A DNA stretch of 63,795 nt, the filler included, from Pelomyxa schiedti (Eukaryota; Protista; Evosea): the NCBI GenBank assembly GCA_020536535.1. It is 13 parts of 13 records of this genome, joined end to end, with 100 filler letters (N's around TTAATTAATTAA, not from the genome) between each part and the next. Parts side by side here need not be neighbours in the genome. Positions count along the whole stretch, not along the records: positions 14,067 to 35,822 come from JAHLWZ010000700.1; positions 35,923 to 43,097 come from JAHLWZ010000502.1; positions 43,198 to 46,984 come from JAHLWZ010000036.1; positions 47,085 to 49,051 come from JAHLWZ010002192.1; 9 more parts are not named here. One strand, given 5' to 3'. Numbering within the stretch: position 1 is the first letter of the stretch; each line of letters begins with the position of its first letter. The notes under the pieces are model-generated. The model did no database searches. It worked only from the letters and a program-made list of their open reading frames with translations, and had not been told where the DNA came from. Shown piece after piece: positions 35,410 to 48,182 of the stretch. The translations under genes were made by a program, and so were the position numbers.

Positions 35410-35922
35410 TAGCCCAAAAAAAAAATTAATTGTTTTCTCCTGGGGTTACACGAAAAACCAATTTGAACTGTTGAGCCCCACCCAAGCCTCACCAACCACA
35501 ACCACCCAACAAAACGCAAAGAACACCATCCTTTGGTCCAAACCCAATCCACCCCAGTGAATTGTGTCCCCCAGATTCGGCAGACAAAGATATTTCGTCT
35601 ACTACTTGATCTCAGTGTCACTCATGGCCACAACGGAGGGCAGAACATTGGGGTGTGAGTGTGAACCACAGCCACCATCACACACCACGATGCCGACCAC
35701 CATGAGCAGTTCTCCCACAATTGAGCAATTCCGGTCCACACTGCAATCCTTCGCCGGTATGTGTGACTGTTAATGGCTCTTTTTTTTTTGTTTTTTCCAA
35801 ACTTGTAGTGTGGTCAACTTGTNNNNNNNNNNNNNNNNNNNNNNNNNNNNNNNNNNNNNNNNNNNNTTAATTAATTAANNNNNNNNNNNNNNNNNNNNNN
35901 NNNNNNNNNNNNNNNNNNNNNN

Positions 35923-37016
35923 GATGCAGAAGGGGACATGTTATTTTCCTGACACTCAACTGACCACTCGTGTATATCCAAGCTGGTAGCTTCAATCTAA
36001 GCCGAAAAGAATCAAGATAAAGTACCAGGAGAGTATCGGCCAAAGGGATTTACCATTTTGAGCTGCGACAAACAGCTAGGGCTCGAAGTAGCAGGGAGCG
36101 CGGCGGCGGACTGAGTAGGCGGCGCAATCCTCGCGTGCAACCCACCCAAGGTACCGGCATTCCCTTGGCTCCGGCCGCCGCTCCCGGGGTGATACGGCAG
36201 CATCGGAGGTATGAAAGGCACCCCGCCCGAGGATACTGACAGTGACAGGTTCGTATTTGGGTGCAGGAGGTGCCGGTTTTGATGATCGAAAGCCTGTAAT
36301 GACGGAGGCGAAACAGGCGGCGAACCGACCGAGTTTGAACGTGATCTCACAGTCGCTCCGCTCGGATTAGTATTCATATTCGTATTCGTGTTCGTATTTA
36401 CATTTGCATTTGCATTTGCATTTGCGTTTGCGGCTGTATTCCCATTCCCACAATGGCCTCCCACAGTGGCAGCCCCGCCTGGATTCGGCCCGACGCGAGT
36501 GGCCTTTGGCACCACAATCACGGACGTGGGCATCGACCGCGGCGATGTATTCGGCGCCACTCCCGTCCCCGTCCCGCTGTTTCCCCCGCCCCCGCCGCCC
36601 CCAATACAATCCATCATCATCATCGTATTCGCGGTCCCAGTACTAGCACAACCACCACCAGTACTAGTACTAGTAGTGATATTACTGTTGCTGCGGGTGC
36701 CGCCCCCGCCGCCGCCAAACGAGGAGGGTGGGGTGCTGTTGAGGGACAGGGAGGGGAACCGGGGCACGAGAACCAGGGAGGGAGCCGTGGGCGTGGTGGC
36801 CCCCCCGTCGCCCTCGCCGTCCCCCACGTCGTAGTCCTCGTCGTCGCCCTCGTCCCCGTCGTCGGTGGTGGTGCCCCCGCCGCTGGTCGTGCGTCTCAGC
36901 GCGAGGGGCGGCTGTTGTTGTTGCTGCTGTTGCTGCTGCTGCCGCCGAAGGAGCCGTGTGAGCTGCTCGTGTTGTAGAAGAAGTGATTGTGTTGTTTGGT
37001 GATTGTGGGTTTGCAT
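35923..37016 (-). CDS. 5' part of a hypothetical protein with a Q/G/N/T low-complexity N-terminus (truncated by contig end)
   Basis: 334-aa ORF with polyQ, polyG and AN/TN repeats. A probable GT donor follows RYSP and the gene runs into the linker. Confidence 0.55.
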
Positions 37017-37535
37017 CCCCCTGCGCCGCGGCGGGTTGGTTTAGAGCGAATGAGAGGAAAAAATTGGTGGCCGGAAAAGGGGATTGTGGGTGCAGTTGTG
37101 GCTGGGGTGTTGGTGGTGTGGTTGCTGGTCAGTAGTACCCGGGTTGCGTGTTGTTGAAGAGTAGCAGATCTTCGCCGATTTTTTTTCCGTTCGCGTGCGC
37201 TTCGCCGTTCTATTTCCATTTTCCTGGTTGTTGGGTCTTTTCGGCGACAGCAATTGCTCGCCACTAGAACGTTCAGGAACGTACACGAAGGTGTGCCGAA
37301 AGTCCTCCCCCCACAACAAAGGACAAAGGTACAAGGATTGGTACAAGGATACTTATGGGATTGCTCTCCAATCCTACTGCATAGGAACGACCACAAACGA
37401 GTGTTGTGATCTTTGTCAGCATTCCCCGGCACCAAAGACGTTCCAGGTGATGTGAAACGAAGACGAAAAAAAAAAAGAACCAACGCGGCGCTTATTGTTG
37501 TGGTAGCGTGGGATCTGCGGTCTTTGCATACTCAA

Positions 37536-40500
37536 ATGGCCACCGGTGTGTCTACTGTCGGCAAGATCTCCACTACATCGGCACCTCGTCCTGCTACGTC
37601 GCTCAACGTACCCCTCACACCATCGTCCTTGTCAAAGCAGTTTCCTTTGCCCATTTTCCAACGCGGCTCCCCCACGGAGACCGACCCGAAACCGCTCCCG
37701 ACGACTACGGCTACTTCCTTTTGCAAAAGCACTCCCACACTCATTCCACGGCGCGATTTGGAGCACACTGTGGACGCTCCTGGATTCTTGCCGCCTGCTA
37801 AACCGTCGGCGTCTTCAAAGAAGCTCGGCCCGCTTCTTGCAGCAGACTGCGAAGTAACAAGACCGAAGAGTATCTATGTAGTGAAGAAACGCGAACCTGG
37901 TGATGCGTCATTGACTCGGAAGCTGGCCAGTACACCAGCACGGCAAGTGAAAACACCTGTCTGTTCTTTTCGGACAGCTACTCCTATGCCTCCCAAAGTT
38001 AGTGGCTCGCTACTTACAGTTGAACGCAACAAGAAGCGCTTCAAAGACGTATCCCAGCTGCTGCAAAAGGAGGAAATTAGTGGTGCTCCTCATGTGAATC
38101 AAGAGGAGGCAGAGAAAAAAACCGTACTGAACAACGATGACCCTAATCCTGGACAGGAAGCTGAGGCTCCCAATGACTCCCCTCCCGAACCGCGGCCGAA
38201 GCGGTATCGCGCAGCTTCGAAAACTGCTTCCCCCCACCTCGTTTCACCATGGCCACCTGCAGCTCCAAGTTGTGACCCTAGCCTACCTCCTATAGTCTGC
38301 ACTCAGGCTCCTCACTTTCCAAAGAAAAAAGGAATCATTAGTACCCATCTCCTACCGCCTTCTCGTCAACACCCTAGTTTATCAAATCCTAACTCTTGTC
38401 TGAGTTCCAAACAACAAACCTGTTCTGTAGAACGGTCTCTAGAGGGGGAATTTGAACAGGAATCACAAAGCAGCTGTCATGCTATGTACTACTCCATTGT
38501 TCAGAGTTATTATTAATATCTTGGCATAGTAAAAAGAAGTCTACCACCAAGACAACTACCAGAATGAAAGTTCCACTGAAGGTACAGGAAAACCAACCTT
38601 GGACTTTTCCTAATCCTTTCAAAGCAACCAAAGCTTCCACTTGCATTCGAGTCAGAAAAACTAGATTCAACGAGTGCCTTCCAAACTTCGGCCCCATTGA
38701 CAATTAGTGACCCGCTTCCACTCCTCACCCCGCGTACCCCACTCAGCAAATCTGTGTTCGCTCAAATACACACTCTCCCTCCTCCACCTTTTGGATTGAA
38801 ACACTTCTGTTCAGCCGCCATGGAAAACCACACTGAGATTGAAATTGAAGAGGAAGGTGACAAGATAAAGAGGGAGCAAGGGAATAACTCCACGGAAGCA
38901 ACTTGTGGAGAAGACACTGAAAAATCACCACCACTGGAAGCATCCAAAGGAATAGCAGAGAGATTAAGGCCATCTCAAAATCCAAAGAATCAAGAGAACC
39001 GTAACACCGGGGATGGTTTTCCCGAACCAGCAAAGGTTGCAGCAGAGAAAACGGAGGCCAAAGCTGAGGACCAAGAGGACTCAGAAACCGATCCCGATGC
39101 CATTGACAGCAATAATTGCCTGTCTGCCACTCCAACCCGCCTTGGTACCTGATAAAGCTTACATAATTTTAATATCTAACACAGTCTCTCCTCTTCAGGA
39201 AAGCAAGTCCACACACCAAGAACCTTTCAACGAATACCGGACTTGGAATCGGGGCAGCTACCTTCATCAGATATTCTTTCGCTACAACAGGTTTGTACAA
39301 ATTCTGCGTATATCTGTAATGAATGGCAAAATATAGGAACTTTTTTCTGCTGAAACTGAAAGTGACCAAGAAGCAGCAGAAGATGACTCTCCCACAACCA
39401 CGAGCTTGCATTCTTCATTATCCAGCCCCAAAAACAAGAAATTGGACTTAGCACGGTACTTTCTTTTTCTTTTACAATGAAGAAACTGAAAGCCTTTTTT
39501 TTTTTCTTACAGGCACTCAGCTAGTGAAGAAACTGAAGAGAAATCCAGTACGCCGGAAAAACCAGGCATCCAGGATGCTAACCCGGAAGAAGCGGAGGAG
39601 GATACTTCAAGTGAGAACGAAAAAGATAGGAGTGGGTCTGATCGGGATAACGAAACAAAGAGAAAGCGCAATGCAAAGCCCTCTGTTGAGAAGAATGAGC
39701 ATCATGACCAACTAGTTGAAACAAAGAAAGAACCGCAATCTGACTCAGAACATGAGAGAAGTGAGAGTGAAACAGACAGCAGTGATAATGAAGGTTTACC
39801 AAAAGACAAAAGAAGAACAAAGAGCCCTGCTCTGCAGAAACGAGAAAGCTCCCAAGACGATGATTCCAGCAGCGGAGAGGATGAAGTTGAAAAGAAAACA
39901 ACAAAAATCAAAATAAAGCCCAAGGTAAAGAAAGGGAAGAAGAAAACCAGGGAGAGATCTACAGAAGAAGATTCAAGTTCGAGTGAAAGTGAAATAGAAG
40001 CAGAAACTCAACCGCGGCACAGAGCAAAGCTAAAATCTAAGTCAAAAACAAAGAAGATTACAAGAAAGGATAGACCCTCTTCCGATTCGAACTCAAGTTC
40101 AAGTTTCAGTGAAAGTAGCAGCAGCGAAGAAAGTTACTTTGACATACTTCACAGAAAGAGGCGCCCTGTCACTCTTATGCAACTGCGTTATCTGAGCAGG
40201 ACACTGGGAAAGCCAGTTCCCACTCTTTCCCGGATTCAAGGTAATTCACAGTCACTCAATTCCTTATCACTAACCGCACCAAAACATATATTCCCGCGAT
40301 GCCAGCTGCCGAAACCGCACGAGGCGGCCTTGACAGAGGTTCCATCCCTCCCATCAGGGAGAACACACCCTCATCCACAGACAAAAAAACACCGCACCAC
40401 CATCATAAACATGAGCAAGGGGTTCCAAGCACCACCACACAACACAGAAACCTCCCCTTCACACCGGAATCACCTCCGTTCGTGTGGGAAACAGTCCGGA

Positions 40501-40770
40501 AGCGGCACCTCACAACGCACTACTCACCCTCCCTCACTCTCACCGCCGCAGCCCTCAAAAGGGCAAAGGCAAGGCCCAAACACAAAACCAAAACCACCAC
40601 CCACAACAAGAAGCACAGCAAGAAGCGGCCACCCTTTGCCACAACAGCATCTGGCGGCACTGGTACCACCAGCAGCAGCAACACAGAAAGTGACAGCTGT
40701 AACAACTCATCAACATCAGATGACACAGAGTAACAACACACTCAGAGCCTCCTCCCCCAAGAACACATAG
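37536..40770 (+). CDS. Hypothetical intrinsically disordered protein (Pro/Ser-rich, acidic and basic blocks), spliced
   Basis: Consecutive + ORFs (37413-38516, ~38530-39152, ~39200-39450, ~39513-40240, ~40300-40770) with intron-like breaks. No recognisable domain. Confidence 0.55.
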
Positions 40771-40822
40771 CATTGCCCCCAATTTTCTCTTGAGAGAAAA
40801 ACCCAACAATTGTTTTTCTATT

Positions 40823-42309
40823 TCACAACCAAAACGTCAATGGATACAGGTTGTAGTAACAGTTGGATACAGTGACGCAGAGCAAGGGGCGGCTAAGTCC
40901 AAGGCACTGCACCGTCGCAGTCCCATGGGTGTCAAGAGCAAACACCAAGCCCCCTCGTGTGGTGATATGAAGAGACTTGTCTTCGAGGTCCCACTCGGAC
41001 CAGCCACAGCCACAGACGCCACCAGCAACAGAGAAGAATGGTCCCCCTGGGTGGTCGACTTCCTCATCTTCGTCCAGAATGGAGCGGTTTGTTTGAAGGC
41101 GGCAGGTNNNNNNNNNNNNNNNNNNNNNNNNNNNNNNNNNNNNNNNNNNNNNNNNNNNNNNNNNNNNNNNNNNNNNNNNNNNNNNNNNNNNNNNNNNNNN
41201 NNNNNNNGGTCCCACTCGGACCAGCCACAGCCACAGACGCCACCAGCAACAGAGAAGAATGGTCCCCCTGGGTGGTCGACTTCCTCATCTTCGTCCAGAA
41301 TGGAGCGGTTTGTTTGAAGGCGGCAGGTGTTGCCGCTTCCTTCCTCAACTTCAACAAGCAAGTGCTTTCCATGGCCAAAGGAAACCATCACATCCACATA
41401 GAGAAGAAAGGAACGTGGGCCACTGTTCTTGTTCTTCCTGATAATGAGCCCAGAGTCAATACGAGGTAGCCCATAGGCACCTGATGAAAGTGACGCGGTC
41501 GTGGTGCTTATTTGTGTGAACTTTCTTGTGGCCCAGGAAGCTGCAACGTCAAACACCGTAAGTTCTGCTTTCCAAACACCGTTGAGGCGGTCAAGATTTA
41601 TGCTGTAACACAATGCCTCATCGGGAGCTTCGTCATTGAACGAGAATCCACCACTTGTTCCAGAAGACAGAGGTATGCTGCGCGTGATGTCATCGCCTTG
41701 CTGAACAGGAAACAGAGGGGTTATGAGCAGGGAGTCCTTCTCGCCACAAAACCTAGTACCAAGTACGAGGAACCATTTGCCGTTACAGGAGCTGTAAGCC
41801 GGGAATTCCGGCGACAACTTAGCACTGGGTACCTTGAAAGATGCCAGAACCTCCGAAGTTGCGACGCTGGTGATGCTGAACTCGTCAAAGAAGAAGCCAT
41901 AATCCTCAATGGTCATTTCCTTCGACAACACACAGAACGGGTTGGCACAAACGATGCATACTTTTGGGGCCATCTGCAAGAACCGCACGTCGCTGGTGAC
42001 GGCGCCCATGAGTGGCGACACTCCGAACGCAATGCCGCTGTTGTACACAGAAGACATGAGGAAGAACCACCTCGTCGGGGCCGAACGGGAGATCCAGTCC
42101 CACAGCACCCTGATGGCACCCAATGAATCACATTGTGACACCCTCTGAATTGCTTCGCCCGACGGCGACAGGTCTTGGTCTTCTGCGCGGTGTATGCCGC
42201 AGCAGCGGGGATGTGCGCACATCACAATGGCAGCGAATTGATCCTTGACCCTGAGAGATGTGCACGATGAGCCCTCTGGTATCCTCCCGTCGCTCGCCGT
42301 TGAGTCCAT
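40823..42309 (-). CDS. Intronless 'QFxA-RC' family protein (3' part mis-scaffolded around an N gap)
   Basis: MDST...KDQFAAIVMCAHPRCCG...LWDWI; CNGKWFLV. The sequence flanking the gap is duplicated (40987-41107 = 41208-41328). The likely true end YPLTFWL* matches the paralog at 42557. Confidence 0.75.
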
Positions 42310-42556
42310 CGTGTCGGTGTTGCTTAGATTCAGCTGAATGGAATAGTAATCAACAGATCGGAACGCTGTAATCCTCGTAATACTCGCCACCTGAGACCTT
42401 GATTTTCGCAGGCGGACCACCTTATTGTGCTGCAAAGCTTCGGGGTGAGACTTGCCTCAATGAGACAGTTTCTTTTTATGAGGGGAGGCAGAAGTGTCAC
42501 TTGATTGCACCGTAGTCCTACCACACCAACAACAACTGAAATTTTTGTTTTCAATT

Positions 42557-43097
42557 TCACAACCAAAACATCAATGGATACAGGTTCATCCAGGCAAAAC
42601 AATACTTGGATACAGTGATGCGGAGGAAGGGGCGACCAGTTCTAAGGCACTGTACTGTCACGGTCCCATGATCAAGAGCGAACACCAAGCCCCCTCGTGT
42701 GGTGATACGAAGAGCCTTGTATTCAGGGTCCCACTCAGACCAGCCACAGCCACAGCCACCAGAAACCGAGAAGAATGGCCCCCCTGGGTTGTCCACATCT
42801 TCGTCGTCGTCCATAAGGGAGCGGTTTGTTCGAAGGCGGCAGGTGTTGCCGGTTCCTTCCTCAATTTCAACAAGCAAGTGCGTGGGGGGGCCGGAGTTAG
42901 TCTCCACGTCCACATAGAGAAGAAAGGAACGTGGGCCACTGTTCTTGTTCTTCCTGAGAATGAGCCCAGAGTCAACACGAGGTTCTCCAGATGCACCTGA
43001 TGAAAGCGACGCAGTCGTCGTGCTTATTTGCCTGAACTTTCTTGTGGCCCAGGAAGCTGCAATGTTGAACACCTTCAGTTCAGCTTTCCAGACATCG
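42557..43097 (-). CDS. Tandem paralog of the 40823-42309 gene, 3' part only
   Basis: FNIAASWATRKFRQISTTTASLSSGA...IDSGLI/VDSGLILRKNKNSGPRSFLLYVDV, near-identical to the neighbour. Cut by the linker. Confidence 0.8.
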
Positions 43098-44285
43098 NNN
43101 NNNNNNNNNNNNNNNNNNNNNNNNNNNNNNNNNNNNNNNNNTTAATTAATTAANNNNNNNNNNNNNNNNNNNNNNNNNNNNNNNNNNNNNNNNNNNNATT
43201 CATCACGAGATGATGCGCGCAGTCTAGGGTTGCCTCAAATAGGACAAGGCAACCTCCTCAACACCAGGTTTCCTACACTCCAAAATTCCCAAACCACAAG
43301 CCCAGGGTGCTTGCTTATTACATGCACCGATTGGATCCCATTTCTATCTGAACTGCAATCCTGTTTTGCACTGATTCACACCACTGATCCACACCAATCT
43401 GTGCTGACTGCACCAACACCGACCTGTCAGGCTTTATTCCGATTACCCTCTGGGCTCACTCTGTTTCACTCTATTCGCTCCATCTCAACCCCGATCCATC
43501 AGGAAGGATACACATAGCTTTACATCACCTTGCTCCACTTTACTCCACTTTGCTACGTTTTGCTCCGTCTACTACAACAGTACTCCAATTCACCTACGTT
43601 TTACTATGTCTTGCTCTGAATGCCACGATTTACTCTGAACCCAGCTCAAATTACCCCCTGTATTCGGGCATACTCCGGAATGCTCCAGTTTACTCCGATT
43701 TACTCAGGCATACTCCGTCCGGTTTACCCCGGTTACGCCGGTTCACTTTGGCTTACACCAACTTACTCAGTTCACTTCTACACCACATTCAGGACCCACT
43801 GACACCCAGAGAGTGGTTTGAGAGAAGGAGGGAGTGTGTGGGTGTGTTCCAGACTCAGGACTCTGATCTCCTATCAGTGGCACACCACACACGCACACAA
43901 TAGCGCCGATGTCACTCACCCTCACTGCAACCACGAATCACACGCGCCACACATCCCTTTCCTTTCAGTACGATTGGTTCGTTGTCCTGACTAGGATACT
44001 CCACACGACTAAACATAACAACCCTACCCACCCTTTTCTGGGGTTGTCAACACACACAAGTAGATTCTTGGAACTGTGGGATCTCATATTCGGAACTCGA
44101 AGCTAATTTAATTTTTCAGAATTAGCAACTGCGAGCATTTTCTGTTTTATTCTTTCTCGACATCGTGTGGTGGCTGTGAGAGTTGGTTCGGCACCGGGGA
44201 ATGCGTATGAAACATGGCGCTACGTACATTCCTAATTCCTTTGCGTAAAAAAAAAAAAGGTGTGTTTTGCTGGCACTGTGTAGTG

Positions 44286-44530
44286 TTGCTTGCTTTTGCT
44301 TGTGTATTGCTTGCAGTGTGTGTGCGTGAAGTAGTTTTGAGTGCTTGCTTTCTTGCTTCCTTTCTTGTTTGCTTGCTTGCTTTTGCTTGCAGTGCGTGCA
44401 GCAGTTTTGAGTGCTTGCTTGCTTGCTTGCTTTTGCTTGCAGTGCGTGCAGTATTTGCTTTGCTTTTTTGGCTTGAGCTTGAGCTTTTGCTTTTGCTTGC
44501 AGTAATGCTTGCTTGAGCTTTTGCTTGCTT
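44286..44530. repeat. Degenerate (GCTT)n / TTTTGCTTGCAGTG simple-repeat tract
   Basis: Many tandem GCTT units with a higher-order repeat TTTTGAGTGCTTGCTT...TTTTGCTTGCAGTGCGTGCAG. Confidence 0.85.
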
Positions 44531-45108
44531 GGGCCAAATGTTATGTTGTGAAGAAGTTGCATTGTATTGTGGCGTGGGAGTTGTGTGTATCTGTTGTGGC
44601 ACCCCAAGTACGGCGGGGGCAGTGTGAGTGCCAAACATGACTGAGAGGATCTGGGAATTTCAACTGTTGCCAACGAACTTGTTACGCACCGTCACTCATT
44701 AGACCTGCTTCAACACTTGGCACCGTTCAATGCACATGAGGTTTGCAAGACAAGTTTTCACCTCTGAGGACAGTATATCCCCACCCACCAACCAACCAAT
44801 CAGCCTGCGGAACTTGATACGTACATGCCCAACCGCCTTGTATCTCTACGTTTCCGTTCTGTACGTTTTTCACTTTTAACCGAATTGATAACAGCGTGGA
44901 GAATTTCTCGGCGACAGTGAAGACGCGAACTTCGAACATTGATTCTTCTTCCTGTGTCGAATGGTTTTGTTACAAGAGATGGTCAGGAAAAAACACAGAC
45001 ACAACAAGATGACAAGATGACAGGATTGCCCTGCGCGGTTTTGGTTTTTATTATTTGAGACGTCAACTTATTTCTTTTTTTTTTTGTTCTTGTAGAGAAT
45101 TGGCAGCT

Positions 45109-46979
45109 ATGGCACAGTCAACAAGAAAGATCTACTTGGACAGTGTATGTGCTTCATTCCTTACCAAAGATTGTCGTCTTCCTCACTTAAGCATCTAACA
45201 GGCTTCGACGGGTTGTGTGGAGCAATCCGTTGTTGATGCTATGGTTCCTTACTTTCATGATAAATACTACGCTTCTGGTTTGTTCCACCTTCCCTTGTGA
45301 CATTTGTACATCGAGGCGCGAATAGATGGTGACCATCAAGGCGCGAGAACCGCCAGGGAGGAGGAGTCTAATTGCATGCGAGATCTGAGATCACAATTGA
45401 ATAGCCGAGACGACGATAGGATCATTCTGGTCTACTGTGATTTCTTTTTTTTCCTGTGGTACTTACTTAAATTCAGACCTCAAGTGGAACTGAAGCATGC
45501 AATCAAGGTTCCTCCAATTCTTAAAGTATGATGAGATTTACACAACACAGTGATCAAGTCGGTATACTTTACTGCTCAGTCAAGTTGCCATGGACGCACT
45601 CAAGTTCGTTTGATTTTTTCTTCATGTGAACTGAATTCCAATTAGATAATAACTTCTTTGGCCGACCACCCTGCAATCACAAGGTATGCATGCACCTTCC
45701 CTCATTTTAGTATTGCACCTGGAAGCACATGAAAAACTTCTTGTGGCTAGGCCATGTAGATTTGTACAAGAACGCGGAATTCCAGTTTGTTTCCTTCCCT
45801 GTGATTTAGGTTTGTGTTGGCATGACAGTATTACTATGGATCCAATTGCCAACAGGAGGCTACGTGAGCGTCGAGAGTCTCAAGAAGTACATAAGTGAAA
45901 AAACAGCACTTGTGTCAATAGTATGGCTCCAACCGTAAACAGCGTTCAGAGACTAAATTATTTCAGACGTGGGCTTCTCATATAACTGGAGTGATGAACC
46001 CTGTGGAGGTATTATTGATGATGGTCTTCCTCACACCCTCTAAAACAAACCCACCCAACAAAAGGAAATTTGCAGGATAGCCCACGAGGTATTACATCTT
46101 TTTTTGATCTATCACACGTCCTAATCTGTCACCCTGCCGTTGTCATATGAAGCACGGTGCCTTGGTCCACATTGATGCAGTCCAGTGCTTGGGAAAGATT
46201 CCCTTCTCCTTTGTTGCCACAGACGCCGATTTTATCTCGCTCTCGGCACACAAGTTCCATGGACCAAAGGGTAGTTTCCACTTCCTTTGGCCTTTTCTGC
46301 CTTTTTCATTTTCCCAAGGCGCTGGATTACTTGTTTATAGGAATGGAGCTTATGCTGTTCCTCTCATCCACGGAGGTATATTATGCACATTTGCCTTCAC
46401 CCAATAATTAATCATACACAGAAAACCAAGTACCTCTTTCCCACGTCCGCTTTCATTTTGTGTATGATGTTATGCTTTCTGAAGATGGAAGGCAACCGTG
46501 GTGGGACTGTGAACTTCCCTGGGTTGATTGGCATCACAGAGGCAGTGAGGGTTGCTGTCAGCACCCAATCTCGTAAGTGTCTAGCCCCCTTATTCACAAA
46601 CATCTCACGTCCATTTTCAGAGGTTTCAAGCAAGGTACGAACCCAGAGGGACAGATTTGAAGAAGCACTGATGAAAATGGCTCGGGATATCAATGTGCCC
46701 ATCAACATCATCGGCCGGGAATCCCCAAGGCTTCCTCACATCAGCTTTGTTTCATTCGAGAACAACACCCAGAAAGTCCTGACTACTCTTGAGTGTGTAC
46801 CCATACAACGAATGTTTCGTTTCTCACATAGGCCCAGCTCCAATGGGATTCTTGTTTCTCACTTCTATGCACCAGGATCACTTGCTGTTCAAGGAATCAG
46901 GTTCTCTTTGAGCAAGCATACCACCGACGAGGAAATTGACCAAACTGTCCATACCATAGCACAGGCTCTCCATCCCTAA
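45109..46979 (+). CDS. NifS/IscS-like class V PLP enzyme lacking the catalytic cysteine loop, spliced
   Basis: IYLDS/AST, SGTEACNQ, IITSLADHPAI, HIDAVQCLGK, SLSAHKFHGPKG (PLP lysine), GGTVNFPG, RLPHI, GILVS..., IRFSLSKHTTDEEID. There is no SSGSAC motif. Confidence 0.85.
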
Positions 46980-47084
46980 AAGAANNNNNNNNNNNNNNNN
47001 NNNNNNNNNNNNNNNNNNNNNNNNNNNNTTAATTAATTAANNNNNNNNNNNNNNNNNNNNNNNNNNNNNNNNNNNNNNNNNNNN

Positions 47085-47485
47085 ATGGGAGTATGTTTCT
47101 TCATGACTTTGTGTGCTGGGAGGGAATGGCCCATGCTGTGCTCTATCAGAACGAGGGTCTTCTGTGCCTGAGCACTGGGCAGAGGACGCCATTGCGCCCT
47201 GGGGTAGCACACCCAATTGGTGGGAAGTATGCGGCAACGTGTACTTACAGTGACGAGGAGTGCATAACGGAGGTGTACAGTGTTTTTGAGCCAGAGAGGG
47301 TGTGCTTCACACACAGGGTACTGCGAGAAAGTGAAAGACTGAGGTTTGGGCATGAAACTATTGTGATGGATAATGTTGTCAGTGGCTCACAAGGCGTAAA
47401 CACCATCAAAGTCGTTGATGCTGTGTCTGGCTTCCTTATGTGCAAAATGGGTGTAAAGGGGTTCTCTGTGACTGATGTTTCCTGA
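47085..47485 (+). CDS. 3' fragment of a 'DAxTG' family protein
   Basis: Ends IKVVDAVSGFLMCKMGVKGFSVTDVS*. The 5' part is lost at the linker. Confidence 0.65.
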
Positions 47486-47705
47486 CAGAATCACCTCATT
47501 CTGTGTGTTCTAAATCTTTTTCTGTTTTCACATTTTTGCCACTTTGCAAGTGTTGTTCTTACTTTTCTCAAAGTCAAACGAACGATGCGCAACAGCTGTG
47601 TTTTCGTAGGTAAATTAGGTCCACTCAGGCACAGACTTCTTGTTGTCAGAATTCGTCGAACCAACTCTGTACATTTTCATCAGTGTTGTGGGTGAAACAT
47701 CGGCG

Positions 47706-48182
47706 ATGTCATGTGTGGCGATCAGAGATGCAACCCACGCACAGAGCCAATTCATTGCACTCGGCGTTGGCGCGATTGTGGGACGGTGCGGCCGCTCCAG
47801 CCCCGCGTCGGCCCTCTCGCCGTCGTCCCTGTCGCTCATCGGTCGCGAGTGGGTCGTGTTCCCAGCCAGGCACGTCGTCATCGGCACCGGCAAAAACAAG
47901 CAGTGGCAGTTCATCACGCTCAGTGTGTCACCGACACTCGGCCTCGTCGACCCACCTGCCACCCTCGGCAGCAGGGTCGTTGATTTCCAGGGATGGCTTG
48001 GCCCACGACAATCCCACAATGGACTTCCAAGGTTCGCCCTTGTGCTTAAAGAGGGCAGGAAGCTGCGCGTTATCGACACCAAGGGGCACTCAGTTCGGGT
48101 ATTTGTGTTCTACGATAACAGCACGTCGCAACTCGAGCGAAGAGACACGAAAATCGAAACGCATCCTCCACCAATTTGTTAG
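47706..48182 (+). pseudogene. Truncated 'QFxA-RCG-SPA' family gene
   Basis: AQSQFIALGVGAIVGRCGRSSPASAL...IGREWVV...VSPTLGLV. Its stop codon (TAG 48180-48182) comes from the first bases of an inverted-repeat element. Confidence 0.7.

Noticed and set aside
34493-35429. Long antisense and alternative-frame ORFs (polySP, polyIS, polyHL, polyME)
   Set aside because: These are shadows of a GC-rich, microsatellite-containing exon on the minus strand.
40987-41328. Internal tandem duplication in a family gene
   Set aside because: Identical ~120-bp sequences directly flank a 100-N gap, typical of an unmerged scaffold overlap.
43198-44053. LTR or retroelement fragment (ends ...GGGGTTGTCAACA, TACTCC-rich low complexity)
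   Set aside because: No coding remnants or partner repeat are visible, so it remains unclassified.
44122-44673. K/Q/A-rich ORFs of 163-183 aa
   Set aside because: They are translations of the (GCTT)n simple repeat, with no domain signal.
45109-46979. Selenocysteine (TGA) replacing the catalytic Cys in the NifS-like gene
   Set aside because: There is no in-frame TGA between GILVS and IRFSL; the loop is simply shortened.
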